Positions 60,921-64,000 of a stretch of DNA of 64,000 nucleotides are shown piece by piece. Location: assembly GCA_051362555.1 (NCBI GenBank), contig CM120640.1, positions 61,172,788 to 61,236,787 on the forward strand, written 5' to 3'. The translations under genes and the position numbers were made by a program. Positions within the stretch are counted from its first letter, which is position 1. Each line of letters begins with the position of its first letter. The notes under the pieces are model-generated. The model worked only from the letters and a program-made list of their open reading frames with translations, did no database searches and had not been told where the DNA came from. This stretch comes from Lingula anatina (lineage: Eukaryota > Animalia > Brachiopoda).

Positions 60921-63400
60921 ATGCCAGTTTCACCTTCACAAGTACAGGAACTATATAGAAGCTGTTGTGAGCAGGTAAAAGCATATTTCAGTGAATTACT
61001 GTACCTTACTCTACCTGTGTTATTCTGGCTGGTGTGTGCTGGTCCGATTGATTGTGATAAATGTTGAAACTACGTACAGTAGTACTAATGTAAGTGGCAA
61101 ACAGTTTAGAGATTTACAAGTCAATTGGGCACATGTATATGTAGGTTATATTACTACAACATCCCAGCTGTATTAATGTATTCTGAAATGAGCTACCAGT
61201 AGGCGGGAATGTATGAAAAGATGCAAATGTTAAAGGGTGTCAGTCTTTATAGTTATTGACAATTTGATCTTTATTTATTGTGGTCATTTCCCTGCATCGA
61301 TACTCTCCTTTAGTAAATTTTTGCTTTATTTTGCATCAATACGACTTCACACCAATAGATTCCAACATCCATACATTCCCTGTAAAACTACCTCCCCCAC
61401 ATCGATCTCCCCTGCATCATTGCTTCCTTAATTGTATCAGTATATTACTGGCATTTTTATTAAAATATAGGTCATATAAATTTGATAAGAAAATCAATAT
61501 TTTAAAGCGCATTGAACTTTTTTAGTGGTTCCTGGAATTGCCTAAGGAAATTTTTAAATCTCACATTTCCACAAAGTCTGCAACAAAGGAGACAATTTAT
61601 CACTTAAATGCTACCTTTTTTATAACTCAATGATTCAACAATTTGAGCAGTGCTCGAAGAAGAGCCTACAAGTAAAATCAATCAATAAATGAAAAGGGTG
61701 TGTAATCTGTATACCCTAACACCTGTTGAAGAACGAAGTGACATTTCTTTTTAAAAATAATAAAGAAGAGCTGTACAGTTGAGCTGCACACTAAGTCGGT
61801 CATAAAAGATCAAGTTGCAATGCGGACCAATTTTAGTAATTGTTGCCATATTTTTCCATAAGATTCAGAATAAAATGTGTGTCTTTTGGGTCCCAAAATT
61901 GTGCACTTTTGAAAAAATATATATCAGAAAGAATTTTTAAATCAAGAAATGTGTTTTGGATGTTGCATTTTAAACAAAGCCAAGGGAGTCTATGTTGTGG
62001 GTAAGTGAAAATGTGTGCAGGGAGTATTGGTGCAGAGACCTTAAGATGCGGGGGAGTATCTGCGTAGGGATGTATTGATGCCAGAGGAATGTAACGGTGC
62101 AGGGGAGTAATGGTGCGTGGACATATAGGGACGTATTGACAAGGATTTGATTGCCATAAAAAGCCCCTTTCACAATTTGAAACTTATTGTCCAATCTCAC
62201 AGTGTCAAATTAACCTTATAAAGCTTTATCTTATAGTTTGCCTGCAGAAATTTGCATATTCAGTTCAAGTCAGTAGTTCTGCTTGTTCTGATATTGTCTG
62301 GTGCTTTGACACAAGGAGGTCATTCAGTCAAATCAGTCAAAGTAATGGCTGAACAGGAAAAACACACCGAAGAAGGAAAAGAAAGCGAAACTGCAGATCT
62401 TACAGGTAAACCTCCTCCTTGATAATTAATCAGGGTGCTAATACATTAAACTTTGTGCTACATAGGTAGATGAAGTCAATACTTGTGATACTAGTACTAC
62501 TGGTATGTATGTAGAAATGAGAGTGGAAATAGTTTGGTGTTATAATATTTACAATCACGATTAACCTACATTCATATGTTTTTCATTAGAGGATTTGGGT
62601 CAATGTCCCAGTTTGTTATCTCTCACACCTTACAATTGTGATCAACATAGTCAGGTTATCCTAAGAGACATGCCACTCTACCATTGAAATAAACCGGAAT
62701 GTTAAGAAGAATGAATGTATGGATGTGCTGTATATCAAAAGGCACGTAGTTACTCAGTACTTTGATTCTTCTCAGTTTTTATATACAGACACTTAGAGTT
62801 ACAATGTCTGTATATATTCTGACTGTTCTGTCTGTCCGTGTCGTTGCTCTTGCTGTCCGACACATGACCTTTGCCCCATAACTTCCAAACTGTCTTTTTT
62901 GTTTTACTTTAAATTTACTGAGTGACTTTGTTTGGTAAAGAGGCAGGTTGCTTTCAAAAATCAGCATGATCAATTTACATTCGCGCTTGCATTATTCTGT
63001 TTTTATCCCACACATTAGGATTTTCAATGGCTTTTATAGCCCATAAAACTGAATCATTTGCTAGTTTTTCAATGCCCATGTTACCTGTAGTAAGAGTGTA
63101 AAAGGGTAAGGGTGATTTTGCTGTTTTAAAGCATTATGTAGTAGTGCATCAAAATTGGCCAAAACATTATTTTGTGCACTTTTTTTCCGCCTAATGTCTG
63201 TATGTTTGCCAGCTTTGCTGTCTAGTTTTTACTTATGTACCATTGTTTCAAAAATTTTATTAGAAAGTTGATAGTTATGTTGACTAAATATGTTTCATAG
63301 TTCATGTTATTTTCACATCACATTTCAGACACTAGTACAGAGGAAGAGGAGTATAAATTTCCAAAGAAACTTGAAGATTTTGAGTACACTTTTAATGATG
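60921..63400 (+). CDS. FAM172A: FAM172A/ARB2A, 3'-partial; exons 60921-60974 (tentative), 62237-62405 (internal ATG 62345), 63329-63400
   Basis: Exon 63329-63400 encodes EEEEYKFPKKLEDFEYTFND|, matching the recalled FAM172A block FPDTLEGFEYAFNEKG with a phase-1 intron at the same place. The upstream exons splice in frame. Confidence 0.72.
61240..62150. mobile_element. Old foldback-like element in a FAM172A intron
   Basis: The left block (61288-61425) has degenerate CCCTGCATCAATACTCC subrepeats. The right block (62015-62140) has the complementary GGAGTATTGGTGCAGGG subrepeats. Ends imprecise. Confidence 0.5.
62780..63228 (-). mobile_element. Short family-B Helentron/HINE-like copy
   Basis: ATGTCTGTATGTTTGCCAGCTTTGCTGTCTAGTTTTT (63194-63228) is the reverse complement of the family-B 5' end. 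Hairpin TATACAGACA...TGTCTGTATA at 62783-62814, next to a CTGTC/CCGT microsatellite. Confidence 0.7.
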
Positions 63401-64000
63401 GTAAGTCATGAGGACTTTCAGAGTCTTCTGAATGTTCTAATTTTTGTGTGAATGCTAACATAAGGAACCATTAATGTTTCATATCTAAGTAATCAATTTT
63501 TATAATAAAAAAGACATATAAGGTAGCAGTAATTTAAAACTAAAAATCATCATTGTACTTTGCCAAGACTTTCATGAGGACCTTATTTTGATGCATAAAC
63601 TTGATTGATGATGCGATGCCAGCAAGTGCCCATGTCAAGTCATTTGCTGGCAGTTTGCGGCCTGTCAAATACATTGCAAGATATGTACTACTAAAGTGTC
63701 AATCTTCATATTTTTATTTGCCCAACCAGAGCATTGCTCTAAGAGAATTAGTTACCACCAAAATGATTATATATTTATGTGGCAATTGTCTGGCGTAGTA
63801 TTTACATGTGGATTAATGGACTGGAGAACCGGACAGCTTATTGCACCTTAAAATAGTACAAGTGTTGTGTTGGCTTAGTGATGTCAGTTTACTTGATCTT
63901 AATTGCTCTTTTAGAAAAGAACATAGTTACAATAGATATTTTTTAAAATATCTTTAAAAAGTAGCACTTGAAAGTAAGTAGGATACTCTTTAGTCTGAAG

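Overview
AT-rich, intron-containing animal genomic DNA. It is probably a lophotrochozoan invertebrate such as a mollusc, inferred from the repeat types and not proven. Ten genes can be spliced together by hand, in order: NDUFS7 (+, 5' end outside the window), RPS15 (-), EPB41L4A (+, 27 exons), a 106-aa Arg/Ser-rich orphan (-), THEG/SPMAP2-like (+), NOP16 (-), a divergent HIGD2A-like gene (+), ARL9/ARL10-like (-), a single-coding-exon 167-aa gene resembling vertebrate KIAA1191/p33MONOX (+), and the first exons of FAM172A/ARB2A (+). Eight of them form four consecutive head-to-head pairs. The main observation is deep microsynteny. NOP16/HIGD2A and ARL10/KIAA1191-like reproduce both divergent pairs of the human 5q35.2 cluster, and this synteny is what identifies the otherwise orphan 167-aa ORF. 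NDUFS7, RPS15, EPB41L4A, THEG and FAM172A map to the paralogous human regions 19p13.3 and 5q. Human sequences and positions are recalled from memory, not searched. Introns and intergenic DNA hold many non-autonomous DNA elements: Harbinger-type palindromic MITEs, MULE/foldback elements, and Helentron/HINE-like elements with internal tandem arrays, some nested. There are also LINE/Tc1 relics and a probable decayed Cys-rich gene inside NOP16 intron 1. No rRNA, intact tRNA, CRISPR array or intact transposase was seen.
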